From: Malacoraja senta
Lineage: Eukaryota
Length of the DNA stretch: 64,000 bases
Reading direction: 5' to 3'
Assembly: GCA_038087875.1 (NCBI GenBank)
Contig: CM075990.1
Location: 2,358,001 to 2,422,000, forward strand
Position 1 is the first letter of the stretch, and every line of letters begins with the position of its first letter. Both the position numbers and the translations under genes were made by a program. The notes under the pieces are model-generated. The model did not search any database. It worked only from the letters and a program-made list of their open reading frames with translations, and had not been told where the DNA came from. Positions 38,706 to 52,329 of the stretch are shown piece by piece.

Positions 38706-39232
38706 GCATGTCCAGTGCATTCCAGGCACCCTCTGTCTAAAAAACGTGCATCTCCTTTGAAACTGTGCTCGACATCCACTTTGTGTTGCTTTCAGAATTA
38801 AAGGACGTTCTGTTTGGACGGAGATGAAGAGGAAAATCTTTAGTCAGAGGGTGGGAATTCTTTACCACAGAAGGCTGTGGAGGCCAAGTCAGTGGATATA
38901 TTTAAGGAAGAGATAGATAGATTCTTGATTAGTACGGGTGTCAAGGGTTATGGGGAGAAGGCAGGAGAATGGGGTTTGGAGGGAGAGATAGATCAGCCAT
39001 GGTTGATTGGCGGAGTAGACTTGATGGGCCGAATGGTCTAATTCTGCTCCTATCACTTACGACCTTATGGCTTTTTCCTCCAGCAGTATCTTTTTTAAAA
39101 ATCAAGATTCCAGCATAGGTCGTGTTGGGGTCAGGAGGGTGGTCTCGAGCACGCGTGTGCCACCCTGGAACACGTGTGTATTCTGCGTGATGGCCATTCA
39201 TTCTTCCTCTCCTCCCCCCCCCCTCCCCGCAG

Positions 39233-39426
39233 GGTGAACCCATCACGCTTGTGCGGAGAGTCGATGAAAACTGGTTTGAGGGGAGAATCTCGGGCACGAA
39301 CCGGCAGGGTATCTTCCCGTCTCATACGTGGAGGTGATTAAACGGCCCAGGGTGAAGAACGCCGTGGACTACCCCGACCCGCCCGGCTCTTACTCTTCAG
39401 GCCGAAGCTCCACCAGCTCGCCACAG
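39233..39426 (+). CDS. SORBS1: SORBS1 exon: remainder of SH3-2 ([47 protein letters not shown]...SSPQ), 1-bp deletion at 39316-39318
   Basis: CCGCAG acceptor and CAG|GTATGT donor. Adding one C to the CCC run restores the canonical SH3 GIFPxxYV motif and a 195-nt phase 0-0 exon. Confidence 0.94.
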
Positions 39427-42400
39427 GTATGTATCCCCTCCCTCACCGCCAGCTCTCAGCAACACCTACGTTACTTTCGTCCAGAGATACAGCGCGGAAA
39501 CAGGCCCTTCCGCCCATCGTGTCCACGCCGAGTCGCAATCATCCATTCACACTGTTCCAGATTGGATCTAATATTGTCTTAATGTAATGGAATGGATCTT
39601 AGTTTAGTTTAGTTTAGAGATACAGCACAGAAACAGGCCCTTCGGCCCACCATGTCCGCGCCGACCAGCAATCATCCGTTCACATAGTTCTAGATCGAAT
39701 CTATAATGGAAAGGTCTTAGTTTAGTTTAAAGATACAGTGCGGAAACAGGCCCTTCCGCCCATCGAGTCTGCGCCGGCCAGCGATCCCCGCGCATTAACG
39801 CTATGCTACATACGTCAATTTACGATTATAACCAAAACTAATTAACCTACAAACCTGCACGTCCTTTGGAGTGTGGGAGGAAACCAGAGAACCCGGAGAA
39901 AGCCATTACAGGTGACGGGGAGAAGGTACAAACTTCGTACAGACAGCACTTGAGATCAGGATGGAACGCGGGTCTCTGGCGCTGTAAGGCGGCAGTTCTG
40001 CCACCGTGCCACCGTGCCGGCCACTATTACATGCTTGTACCACATCCAGTGCTAAGTGTGTGGACAAGTGAGCAGCCTCAGGGTGGCGCTGTGGGTAGAG
40101 TTGCTGCCAGAGACTCCGGTTTGATCCTGACTTCGGGCACCGTTTGTCTGTGAGGAGTTTGCACGCTTTCCCTGTGACCACGTCATTGTGGACTCGGTGG
40201 GCTGAAGGGCTGTTTCCGCGCTGTATCCCCAAAACTAAACTTAGCAACCTGCTTGTATCACATCCAGTGCTAAGTGTGTGGAAAGCAAAACTAGGTCAGT
40301 GCGACGCAGTGGCGCAGCGGTAGAGTTGCTGCCTCACAGCACCAGAGGCCCCGGTTCGATCCTGACCTCGGGTGCTATCTGGGTGGAGTTTGTACGTTCT
40401 TTCCCTGACTGCGTGAGTTTTCTCTGGTTTCCTCTCAATTCCAAAGACGAGCGGGTTTGTAAGTTTATTGGGCTTCTGCATATTGTGTAGGGAGTGGATG
40501 AGAAAGTGGGATAACGAAGAACTAGTGCAAACGGGTGATCGATGGTCGGCAAAGGCTCAGTGGGCTGATGGGCTTGTTTCCACACTCTATCTCTAAACTC
40601 TGAACATTATCCCTTCGTCTCAGACAAAAAATGCTGGAGAAACCCAGCGGGTGAGGCAGCATCTATGGAGAGAAGGAATAGGCGACGTTTGGGGTCGAGA
40701 CCCAAACGTCGCCTATTCCTTCTCTCCATAGATGCTGCCTCACCCGCTGAGTTTCTCCAGCATTTTTTGGCTACCTTCAATTGTTCCAGCATACACAATA
40801 GACAATAGACAATAGGTGCAGGCGTAGGCCATTCGGCCCTTCGAGCCAGCACCGCCATTCAATGTGATCATGGCTGATCATCCCCAATCAGTACCCCGTT
40901 CCTGCCTTCTCCCCATATCCCCTGACTCCGCTATTTTTAAGAGCCCTATCTAGCTCTCTCTTGAAAGCATCCAGAGAACCTGCCTCCACCGCCCTCTGAG
41001 GCATCTGCTGTTCTTTCGTAAACATCCCTTCGTTTTGCTTCCTTGGGTTATGTATACCCCTTCTGAGGATCAAATTAGGCACAACTGCCTCCCCCACCCT
41101 CACCCATTCCTTGATTTTGACCTCCTTCTCTTGTTCCATCAAAGAGTCACGTGTGTTTTATTGCCATATCTCTTGAAATGGAAAATTGAAATTCCCCCTT
41201 GCAGCAGCGCAACAGACATGTAGACTTCATGTACAGTAAACACCATCAAAACAGCGAAAAAAGTTCAATATGTAAAAATATAACAGAAATAATCTTGTGT
41301 AAAGACAACAATAAACCCCAAGTCCCTCGGGCATTCAAGACAGTCCATAGTTCTGAGCTTATTTGGAGGTTGTAGTGTTTAATAGCCCGATGGTTGGTGG
41401 GAAGAAGCTGCCCCTGAGCCTGGACATTATGGGTATCTTCTTCTCGATGGCAATAGTGAAAGCATGGCCAGGGTGGTTCGGTGGCACGATGGCGCAACGG
41501 TAGAGCCCGGGTGTGATCCTGACCCTATGTGCTGTCTGTCTGTGTGGAGTTTTGCACGTTCTCCCTGTGACCTGCGTGGGCTTTCTCCGGGTGCTCGGGT
41601 TTCCTCCCACACTTCAAAGACATGCTGGTTTGTAGGCTAAATGGCTTTGGTAAAATTGTAGGATAGTGCTGATATGGGATGATCACTGGTCGGCACGGAC
41701 TCGGTGGGCCGAAGGGCCTGTTTCTGCGCTGTATCTTTAACATTAAAAGCTCAAACTAAAAGTCCCCAATGTATTGAAGGCAGTTCATAGTTCGGATCTC
41801 AGTTGGAGGTTGCGGTGTTCAAGAGCCTGATGGCTGTGGGGAAGAAGCTGCTTGTGAAACTGGACGTTACAGTTTTCAGGCTCCTGTACCTCTTCCCGAT
41901 GGCAGGGGGGAGATGAGAGCGTGGCCAGGGTGGTGTGGGTCTCTGATGATGCTGGCTGCCTTTTTGAGGCAGCGACTCCTGTAGATCCCTTCGACGGTGA
42001 GGAGGTCAGCAGTGGCCAGACTCGAAATGTTGTCTGTTCATTTCCCTCTGCAGATGCTGCCTGACCTGTTGAGTTACAACAGATTCTTGATTGGTACAGG
42101 TGTCAAGGGGAGAAGGCAGGAGAATGGGGTTGAGAGTGAGAGATAGATCAGCCATGAGCGAATAGCGGAGTGGACTTGATGGGCAGAATGGCCTAATTCT
42201 GCTCCTATAACATGAACTTATGAACTGATAATAAATTATCAGTTGCACAGGGTAACTAGACCATATCAATGCAAACCCAAGTGTATAGTGTAACCAATGC
42301 AACCAAAACTACCTCTGTCCAACCTCGGTATTAGCCACTAAGCACTGGAATTATTCCAGAATTATTATGGAATGGAACCATTCTACATTTCTTGACCATC

Positions 42401-42848
42401 GTCTCCTTTGATATGTCATTTTCACACCTTACCCCTCCATATCTCTAGTCTCCCTCTCCCCTGACTCTCAGTCTGAAGAAGGGTCTCGACCCGAAACGTT
42501 GCCCATTCCTTCTCTCCAGAGATGCTGCCTGTCCCGCTGAGTTACTCCAGCACAGTGTAAACCAGCATCTGCAGTTCCTTCCTACACAAACACTGGAATT
42601 AATCAGCAGCAGGGCATTGGGTTTTCAGCATACTTGGTTCAATTTTTCGAAGTAGACAAAATGCTGGAGTAACTCAGCGGGTGACGCAGCATCTATGGAG
42701 CAAAGGAATAGGTGATGTTTCGGGTCGAGACCCTTCTTCAGATTTAATTTTTCAGTTTCTTTCCTCCCATGTGTCTTTTTATTGATCTGTTGTTGCCTCT
42801 CCCTCTCTATCTAGTGACTCATGCCTTTCTCTTCTCTTTTGTTTGAAG

Positions 42849-43416
42849 TTCTCGGGTAATTCTGCTCGCCCCACGCCATCTCCTCCTCCTCCCCCTCCAC
42901 TGCCTCACTATCGCAGGGTGCTCTCTCCCGATCTGCAATCCATCACATCCGACTGGATCTCGCTGACCATGGGGGTGTCCCCACTCGCCACCCCTCCACT
43001 GCCCCCTCTCCCGAAGACTTCCCGGCGGACTGGGACGATGCTGGCACCCTGGCGGTGAACGCCGCCCCGCACCCGGCTGCCGGGGCCGGTGACGCCACCC
43101 CCGGCCTCCGCCCCGGTGCCAACGCTCGTGGGAGCAGGCGCAGGGCGCGTCCCTTCCCGCCGTCGCAACTGGTCGCGGATCTCCAATTCCGTCTGCCGCT
43201 CGTCCAACGGCTGACGCGGAGAGCGAGCTACGCGGGCGAGACGCGGGCGACCCTTTGTCGGCCAGTGGGCAGGGTCCAGGTGGTCTTGACCCGCCCCGGC
43301 GGCCATGGGCAACAGAGAGGCTCCCTACCGCAGCGTCCAGAGACCACGCGCTGTCCGAAGAGCTTCTAAGGATGATGCAGGGACAGACCAGGCAGCAAAC
43401 GGAGATGAAGGATAAG
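42849..43416 (+). CDS. SORBS1: SORBS1 proline-rich alternative exon (FSGNSARP...RRVLSPDLQSITSDWISLTMGV..TPPLPPLP), two apparent -1 frameshifts
   Basis: Pyrimidine tract + AAG acceptor, AAG|GTAC donor at 43416/43417. The N-terminal part matches SORBS1 RRALSPEMHAVTSEWISLTVGV..TPPLPPLPE. Three consecutive ORFs are each shifted by -1, and 568+2 nt = 190 codons. Confidence 0.8.
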
Positions 43417-44179
43417 GTACCAGTAGCATGGTGGTGTGCAGTGGACCACATCTCCTGTGTGTGACATCACAGCATGCTCACCCCCAGCGGTTAACCCCTT
43501 AACAATGACTGGTGAAGAATCAAGAAGGTTGGGCAATGGGCGGAGCAAATCTCATCACCCACATCACGTATTGTCTTTCCGCTGGCTGGTTAGCATGCAA
43601 CAAGAGCTTTTCCACTGTACCTCGGTACACTTGGCAATAAACTAAACCCACCTGAGCAGTGACATTTAGACCATTGAGCCCTCTGGTCTGATACCATCCT
43701 TACAGGCAGCAAACCAGCCACCATTGCCATGGAGCTCTGCGGCACAGAACAGGCCCTTCGGCCCATCACGTCCAGACTGGCCAGAACGTGACTGCAGACT
43801 CGCCAACCTGACCGACTCTTTAACTCCTCGGGGGAGTGGGAAATAAAAGCCAGGCGGTCTTTGGTGACCTGGAGAAGGGTCCCGACCCAAAATATCACCC
43901 ATCCTTCTTCTCCAGAGATGCTGCCTGACCCGCTGAGTTACTCCAGTGCTTTGTGTCTATCTAGAGTAGCATCAGCTCTATCCACAGCCTTTGGTGACAC
44001 AACCATACAGAACCACAGCACTGTCCATGATAGCACCTGGCAATGATGGAGAGACAGGATGTTGCTTTACAATGGGCATTATTCCATCGCTTTCTATTAT
44101 CTCCATCCCTTCCTCATATCCGTTGTCATCTCCCTGTCCCCCTGTCATTCCATCTTCACCCCAACCCCATAGATTCTTA

Positions 44180-45287
44180 AGTGCCTGTCCCACTTACGCG
44201 ATTTATTTCGCTGACTTGCTGGCACCCGTCATAGTCGCAGCGGGTCGCCGAAAATGTTCAACATGTTGAAAATCCAGTGGCGACCAGAACAAGGTACGAC
44301 TCTTTGGGCGACTACTCACGACCATACAGGCGTCGCCACGACCGTACAGGCGACAGGTCGCGGTGTGACGCCTGTACGGTCGTGAGTAGTCGCCCAAAGA
44401 GTCGTACTTTTTTCTGGTCGCTGCTGGATTTTCAACAATTCAATTCAATTCAATTCAATTTATTTGTCTTTTGGACAAATTTGTCATTTGGACCCCTTGA
44501 GGTCCAAACGAAATGTCGTTTCTGCAGCCATACATTACAAAACGAAGAAGACCCGAGACACAACACAATTTACACATACATCCATCACAGCGCTGTGATG
44601 GAAGGCAAAAAAACGTATCTCTCCACTGCACTCCCCCCCCCCCCCCCGATGTCAGAGTCAAAGTCAAAGCCCCGGCGGGCGATGGTGATTGTCCCGCGGC
44701 CATTAAAGCCACGCCGGGTGATGCAAGGTCGCGCACCGGGTCTTGGTGTTAGAGCCCCGGCGCGCGCCCGCAAAGTCCGGTGGCCATTCCAAGCCGCGCG
44801 GGGGGATAAAGCCCCGCTCCAGGTGCGCATCAACCCCGCAACTCGGGCGGGAGAAGTCGCCGCTGCGGAAGCCCGAAAGCGGTCTCCCACCAGGGGACCC
44901 GCGGGCTTCCAGTGTTGCCGTCCGCCAGACCCGCGGTTGTAGCCTCCGAATCTCCGGGGGTCGGGTCGCAGCAGCGATTGTCTCCACCACAGCTCCACCC
45001 GCTCCGGACTCCGCCAGCCCCGTGACGGTGAGTAGTCCGCAGCTCCACAACTGGAGCCCCAGGTCGTTCCTGCTGGAGGCCGCTCCACGGTGCCCAGCCC
45101 CAAGGACAACGGAGACCCGACAAAGAAAAGGTCGGGTCTCCCATGCAGCGGAAAGATTTCAATGTTTCCCCCCCCACCCCCACCCCCACCACCCCACACA
45201 CATACCCCGAACATGTTGAACATTTTTGGCCACCTGTGACAGGTGTGGGCAAGTCGCCATAAAGATCGCGTAAGTGGGACAGGCCCT
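44180..45287. mobile_element. Fold-back Harbinger-like MITE with TTA TSD, carrying a nested insertion
   Basis: TIRs AGTGCCTGTCCCACTTACGCGAT / ATCGCGTAAGTGGGACAGGCCCT. TTA at 44177-44179 and 45288-45290. Confidence 0.9.
44438..45209 (-). mobile_element. GC/CpG-rich non-autonomous retroelement with (TTGAA)n tail
   Basis: (ATTCA)n at the left end, AACA duplicated at both junctions, second copy at 1-615. Confidence 0.75.
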
Positions 45288-45549
45288 TTAATTAGTACAG
45301 GTGTCAGGGGTTATGGGGAGAAGGCAGGAGAATGGGGTTAGGAGGGAGGATCCCATAGCTGGGATTGCCTGCAGGTTGGGTTTATTCCTGGAGGATACAT
45401 CATGGGATCTCCGGCTGCTTCATTGAACAGTCTTTCTCCTTCACCATTTCTTACCGCACCAAGCCATTCAAAGAAAATGGTTTTAAACGTCAAGGATTCC
45501 AGTTCCTGGCGCCCCAGGCTGCTGTGTTTATGGGATAAACTTCAATACC

Positions 45550-46175
45550 TGGAGTTGCCCAGACCACCCGAGTTCTCCAAAACACCCTGAGATCTCCAGG
45601 ACACCGAGAGATCTCCTAAACACCCAGGGACCCTTGGATCTCCTGGCCTGCCTAAGACTTCTTGGCCATCTTAGGAGTTCCTGGCCAGTCTGAGATTTCC
45701 AGGCCTCCCTGAAACCTTAAAGCCACACATGTACATCCAAGCGACTCTGCGATCTCCTGTCCAACCTGGGATCTCCTAGCCATACTTAGACCTTCAGGCC
45801 ATCCAAGGACATCCAAGCCACTCTGAGATCTCCTGTCCAACCCGGGATCTCCAGGTCACCCTGATACCTCCAGGCCACAATGAGATCTCCTGGTCACCCT
45901 TGCACCTTTCCCACCCTGGAACCTCTGCGCATCATTGCATCTTCCATGGCCCCTTTGGAATCTCCATGATCTCCAGGCCACCCTTGGACCTCCAGGCCAT
46001 CTGAGACCTTCAGGCATCTCTGGGACCTCCGGTCAACCTTGAAACGTCTATGCACCCCTGGAAACTACGCAACCATGGACCTCCAGGTCATCTGGGGATC
46101 TTCATGACCACCATGGGACTTCCTGGCCACCCTGGAGTCTCCATGACACACTGGAATCTCCATGCCACCCTGGCC
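45550..46175. repeat. Decayed ~20-bp tandem repeat (ccctgagatctccaggcca-like)
   Basis: Recurrent gatctcc/acctccaggcca/ccctg motifs at roughly 20-bp spacing. Confidence 0.7.
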
Positions 46176-46639
46176 TGTTGGCAGGCGTGCCATGTGCTGT
46201 GCTGGGCATGTGCATGCCGTGCCGTGGTTTGACGGATGAAGGACTAACACCAACCGCGGGAGGTGGGGGTGGGGGGGGGGGGTTGGTGGGGGAGAGTTGC
46301 AACCTCTCAAGGCGACAGTGCTCCCACCTACCACGTGCTTGACTAGTTCTGCTCTCCCACTAACGAGGAGTATCTCCGATCTCCCGGAAGGTGTGTGCGG
46401 GGAAAGTGCCTGCGTTTCTGGAGCCTGTTGGACACAGCTTGTTTTCCGGAAAAGCCAACATCGCATGAACCGTGTTGGAGTGTTGGTAAACAATGTCCGC
46501 CCATGACCTAATCATCCTCGGGCTCGCGTTCTCACTCTTTCCAGCTGCTCCCACCTCATCCCCCCTCTGACCCCCTTCTCCATATTGTCACCAGTTCCCC
46601 AGCGCCCCATGTAACCGCTCTACTGTACGTCCACGTCTC

Positions 46640-47540
46640 CCTGTGCTCCACTCCTCCCCCACCAGCCGTCACATACAGCACAAAACCCTCCGACATTTTC
46701 GCCACCTCCAATGGGATCCCACCACTAGTCACATTTCCCATCTCCCTTTCCACTTTCTCCCTCCGCAACTCCCTGGTCAACTCGTCCCTTCCCACCCACA
46801 CCACCCCTCCCCAGGTACCTTCCCCTGCAACCGCAGGAGATGCAACACCTGTCCCTATACCTCCCCCCTTGACTCCGTCCAAGGACCCTGACGGTCCTTT
46901 CAGGTGAGACAGAAGTTCGCTTGTACCTCCTCCAACCTCATCTGCTGTACCCGCTGTTCTCAGTGTGGGCTCCTATATTGCAGACTGGGCGATCATTTCG
47001 CTGAACACCTCCGCTCAGTTCACCTATACCTACACGATCTCCTGCTTGCCAAACATTTTAACTCCCCACCCCTTTCCCACACTGACCTTTGTGTCCTGGG
47101 CCTCCTCCACTGTCAGAGTGAGGCCCAGCACAAATTGGAGGAACAGCACCTCATATTTCACTTGGGCAGCTGACAACCCAGCGGTATGAACATTGCTTTC
47201 TCTAATTTCAAGTAACCCTGCCAACCATCATTCAACACCCCACCCTCATCCTAGTCATCCTGCTAGTTCCACTTTTCACATCCCTGTATCCTTTCCTAAT
47301 CGCCACTTCCCCAGCCAACAATGGGCCATTGTGGGCTCCACCCTTCCTTGGACATCTGTTGCCGGCCCTGCTTTGTTCTGGTCTTTCCCTACCTCCAGAT
47401 CCCCCTCCCCTCTACTTTCAGTCTGAAGATGGGTCCAGACCCGAAACGTCACCCATCCTTTTTCTCCAGAGATGCTGCCTGACCCGCAGCACTGTGTATC
47501 TAGCTTTGGTATAAACCAGCATCTGCAGTTCCTTCCTACG
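46640..47540 (+). mobile_element. Penelope-like (Neptune-type) element 3' remnant: Cys-rich linker, GIY-YIG endonuclease and terminal repeat
   Basis: PGTFPCNRRRCNTCPY, FACTSSNLICCTRCSQCGLLY, RLGDHFAEHLRSV, LEEQHLIFHLGS. Stops and deletions are present. Confidence 0.88.
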
Positions 47541-47799
47541 CGTCTCAACTCTTGCTATCACTGACGTGCTCCCTTGTAGCCTCTGCTGCTCCATTCTCTT
47601 TTCCCCAAGTTCCTCTTACACTTTGACCCTCTATCACTGGTCTTCCGCACTGTCGCACCCTCTCCCACCTGCCTCTCACTTGTTTTTCCTTCCTCTCTTC
47701 AACACGTCCTTTCTTGTGAAGTGCTGCCACACTTTCACCCTCTCCCCGCTCTAACCCCTGAGAAATATTAATGCGGGTTTGCGTCTTTTGTGCCTTCAG

Positions 47800-47898
47800 C
47801 CCAGTTCGAGGAGTGACAGTGGAGCGGGAGGGCGATTTGCAAGGAGCCCTGTCTTTTCTGATTCTCCAGTTCACACGCTGAACTCTGCTTCTCTTGTG
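47800..47898 (+). CDS. SORBS1: Probable SORBS1 cassette exon (PSSRSDSGAGGRFARSPVFSDSPVHTLNSASLV)
   Basis: CTTTTGTGCCTTCAG acceptor and GTAAGT donor, 99 nt, open frame, phase 0-0 like its neighbours, in non-repetitive sequence. Confidence 0.6.
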
Positions 47899-48167
47899 GT
47901 AAGTCCGGGTCAGTCCGATCAATGGTGTGAGTGGTGCAGTCTCTCAGAGATGGTGAGCTGCACGAGACATCACTGCTACCTGCTGCATTTCCGAGGGACC
48001 TTTCCTGACCTCAGCACATCCCACTGAGTCCGCACCAACCCCACACATTAACACTAACCTACACACACTAGGGACAATATACAATGTCACCGAAGCCAAT
48101 TAACCTACAAACCTGCACGTCTTTGGAGTGTGGGAGGAAACCGGAGTGCCCGGAGAAAACCCACATG

Positions 48168-49223
<1,056 letters not shown>

Positions 49224-50489
49224 CCTACATGGTAGGAGAATGTACAAACCCCATACAGACAGCACCCGTAGTCAGGATCAAACCCACGTCTGTGGCGCTG
49301 TGAGGCAGCAACTCTACTGCTGCGCCACCCAATTAAAGTATGGACTGACTAATCCACAAACCTGAATAGAGAATGTGTGTGAAATGCATCTCAATATTAG
49401 GGTCATAGAGTCACACAGCCTGGGAACAGGCCCATCAGCCAAACTTGCCCCACCTGTCTGCTTTTGGTCCATGTCCACAGTAGTGCAGTGCAGAGTCGCT
49501 GCCTCACAGCGTCAGATGCTCAGGTTTGATCCTGACTACAGGTGCTGTCTGTACGGAGTTTGTACGTTCTTTCCGTGATCTGCGTGGATTTTCTCCGGGT
49601 GCTCCGGTTTCCTCCAAAGCTGCACACGTTTGCAGGTTAATTAGCTTCAGTAAAATTGAACATTGTCCCTCGTGTGTGTAGGATAGTGTTAGCGTGTGGG
49701 GATCGCTGGTCAGCATGGCGGTGGGCCGAAAGGCCTGTTTCTGGGCTCTATCCCTAAACTACACAAAATATCCCTCTCAACCTTTCCTATCTGTGCACCC
49801 GTCCAAATGTCTTCTAACCTGATCAGTGCCACCCCGATTACACCCGGGTCAGGGCCAATAGTGAAAATAAACATTCAACAGGTTAAACTTTGTTATAGTA
49901 ATATTGTAATATATTAGTGATGTTTTGTATCCAAGCACATGGACTGAAGGAACTGACGTGATCACATATATCATCCTTCCACGCTCTTCATTTCCGACCC
50001 TTCCTGTCACTTATCGAGTGCTAGTACTTGCTGCCAATCCTTCCCTGTGTTGCCTCTCTGCTACCCCCAGCCCCTTCCCATGCTACTGAGCTCACGATGT
50101 ACGGCTGGTTGTCTGATAATGCTGTTGGCCTTCGTATAACCTGTGTGAAGTGAATAACACATGCTGCAATTTTTCCCTTTCTAATTTGCCCGCAGCCTTC
50201 TCATCATTCATTGCGAGGACCAGACCTCACAGAGTCCGAGAGGAGCTATGTGGTAAGATGCAACTCACACAGCAGGGCTTTGCCAGGCTTGACAGGCATT
50301 GTACTGAACTAACACTGGTACAGGTCCACCTCCGATTTCCCAGCAGCCTTGGTTCCACAGATTGCATGAATGGACGATACTTTATTATCACACGTGACAA
50401 GTCACCGTGACATTCTTTGTTTTGCGTACCCAAGGTATGCCAAGAGTGGCCACATAAAGGGCACCGACAAGGTTACGAAGTATCCAGTG

Positions 50490-50925
50490 CTGGGTCCTGT
50501 CCTAGACCTCCTCCATTGTCAGAGTGAGGCTAAACGCAAATTGGAGGAACAGCATCTCAGATTTCACTTGGGCAGCTTACAGCCCAGTGGTATGAATATT
50601 GATTTCTTTCACCAGGCATTCCCTCTCTCTATCCCTCCCCCACCCAAGTCGCACTAGCTTCCAGTTTTCGCCCAACAAACAGCTAACAATGGCCTGTTTC
50701 CTTTATCATCGTTACTTTTTTGCATAACTTTCATTCATTGTTCTTTATCTCTCCACATCACCGTCTATATCTCCCGTTTCCCTTATCCCTAACCAGTCTG
50801 AAGAAGGGTCTTGATCCGAAACGTCACCCATTCCTTCTCTCCAGAGATGCCGCCTGTCCCACTGAGTTGATCCAGCACTTTGTGTCTATCTTCGGTTTAA
50901 ACCAGCATCTGCAGTTCCTTCCGAC
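50490..50925 (+). mobile_element. Penelope-like element 3' end with terminal repeat
   Basis: LLHCQSEAKRKLEEQHLRFHLGSLQPSGMNIDF, then the hammerhead-like motif at 50796-50827. Confidence 0.82.
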
Positions 50926-51432
50926 ACAAAATATCCCGCTCCAGGTTCTCCCCCCCCCTCCCCCCCATGGCAGTTCCCCCCACACCGGGTCCTCCTTTGT
51001 TAAAAGCTTTCCGCGGATTATCTGTTTTGCCGGCCTCCGAGAGGAGTCCAACGGTACGGGAACGGTCTGCCTTGGCCGCCGGGATACCGGCCTGCAAAGT
51101 CGGCCTCGGAAGTCGGCTATGGGAACGGATCCGCCTGCTCCGGCCGGGCCAGAGTTCCAGAGCCCTGGAACAGGGGGTATATCCGACCCCCCCCCCCCCC
51201 CCCCGATCGGCCCCGAAAGTCCCGATGAGGTCGAGTTCGGCCGTCTCACCCGACCTGGGTGCCACATTTTTGGGGGGACTTCTGAGGGTGGGATTTCAAG
51301 TGCGTTCCCGTAATTTTGTCTGGATTAAAAGAGGTGCCGGACGACCAGTTGCCGGAAAATCGCTAGTGGACCTATAATCGCATAGAGACTGTGAGCAGGC
51401 AGGAGCCCAGTGCTTTATATGGTAGATGTTAA

Positions 51433-51956
51433 TGCCCCTGTCCCACTTAGGAAACCTGAACGGAAACCTCTGGAGACTTTGCGCCCCACCCAAGATTTCC
51501 GTGAGGTTCCCAGAGGTTTTTGCCACTCCCTAATGGTCAAAAGTGGTTTCCGCATAGTCGAGCTTCTTCTATGTTCTGGCAATTATTTCAAAAAATTCAA
51601 AACCGGCCTCGACTAAAAATAGGTTGCCGTTTTAAAAATCGGTAATTTTTTAGTCGAAGCCGGTTGCGATGCTAGTTAAAGGTGGTTGCCGGAGGTTGGA
51701 GGTAGTGGAAGGTAAGACCCGGCAACCAACTGCAACCTCCGGCAACCACCTTCAACTAGCATCGCAACCGGCTTCGACTAAAAAATTACCGATTTTTAAA
51801 AAATTTTGAAATAATCGCCGGAACAAAGAAGAAGCGGAAACCACTTTCGACCATTAGGGAGACTGACAAAAACCTCCGGGAACCACACGGAAACCTTGGG
51901 TGGGGCGCAAAGTCTCCAGAGGTTTCCGTTCAGGTTTCCTAAGTGGGACAGGGGCA
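51433..51956. mobile_element. Near-fully palindromic Harbinger-like MITE, TAA TSD
   Basis: TGCCCCTGTCCCACTTAGGAAACCTGAACGG... / ...CCGTTCAGGTTTCCTAAGTGGGACAGGGGCA. TAA at 51430-51432 and 51957-51959. Confidence 0.93.
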
Positions 51957-52329
51957 TAATGGTCCAACAATGACTCAGCTCTTGTTTTGCGTTTGGGGAG
52001 AGCATGGAATCTGCTTTAAAATCAATAATTCACTGAAAGAGTGCATGATTATTAATCAATTGTGTTTACGATAAAGACAAACTAACTGCTGCATCTTTGT
52101 GCTACATTTTTTAATCCTGGAATTAAATCTGCTTTCTTCTCTATCTTGCCTGTTTCTCCATGCTTGCCTCTGGATTACTCCGCGACCTTCCGGATCCTTC
52201 GACATGCCGTAACTTGCTGGAACCCTCTTCCCTGTCTCCCCTTGTGTGTCTCTCTCCCCCTCCTGCACCTCTCCCCCCCCCCCCCCTGTCTCCACCTGGG
52301 CGCTTGTGTGGACGGCCCTAACCTGTCAG

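Noticed and set aside
42819..43451. Antisense ORFs over GC-rich exons and elements (also 29308-30468, 44277-45252, 58518-59423)
   Set aside because: Expected shadows of GC-rich sequence, with no recognisable domains.
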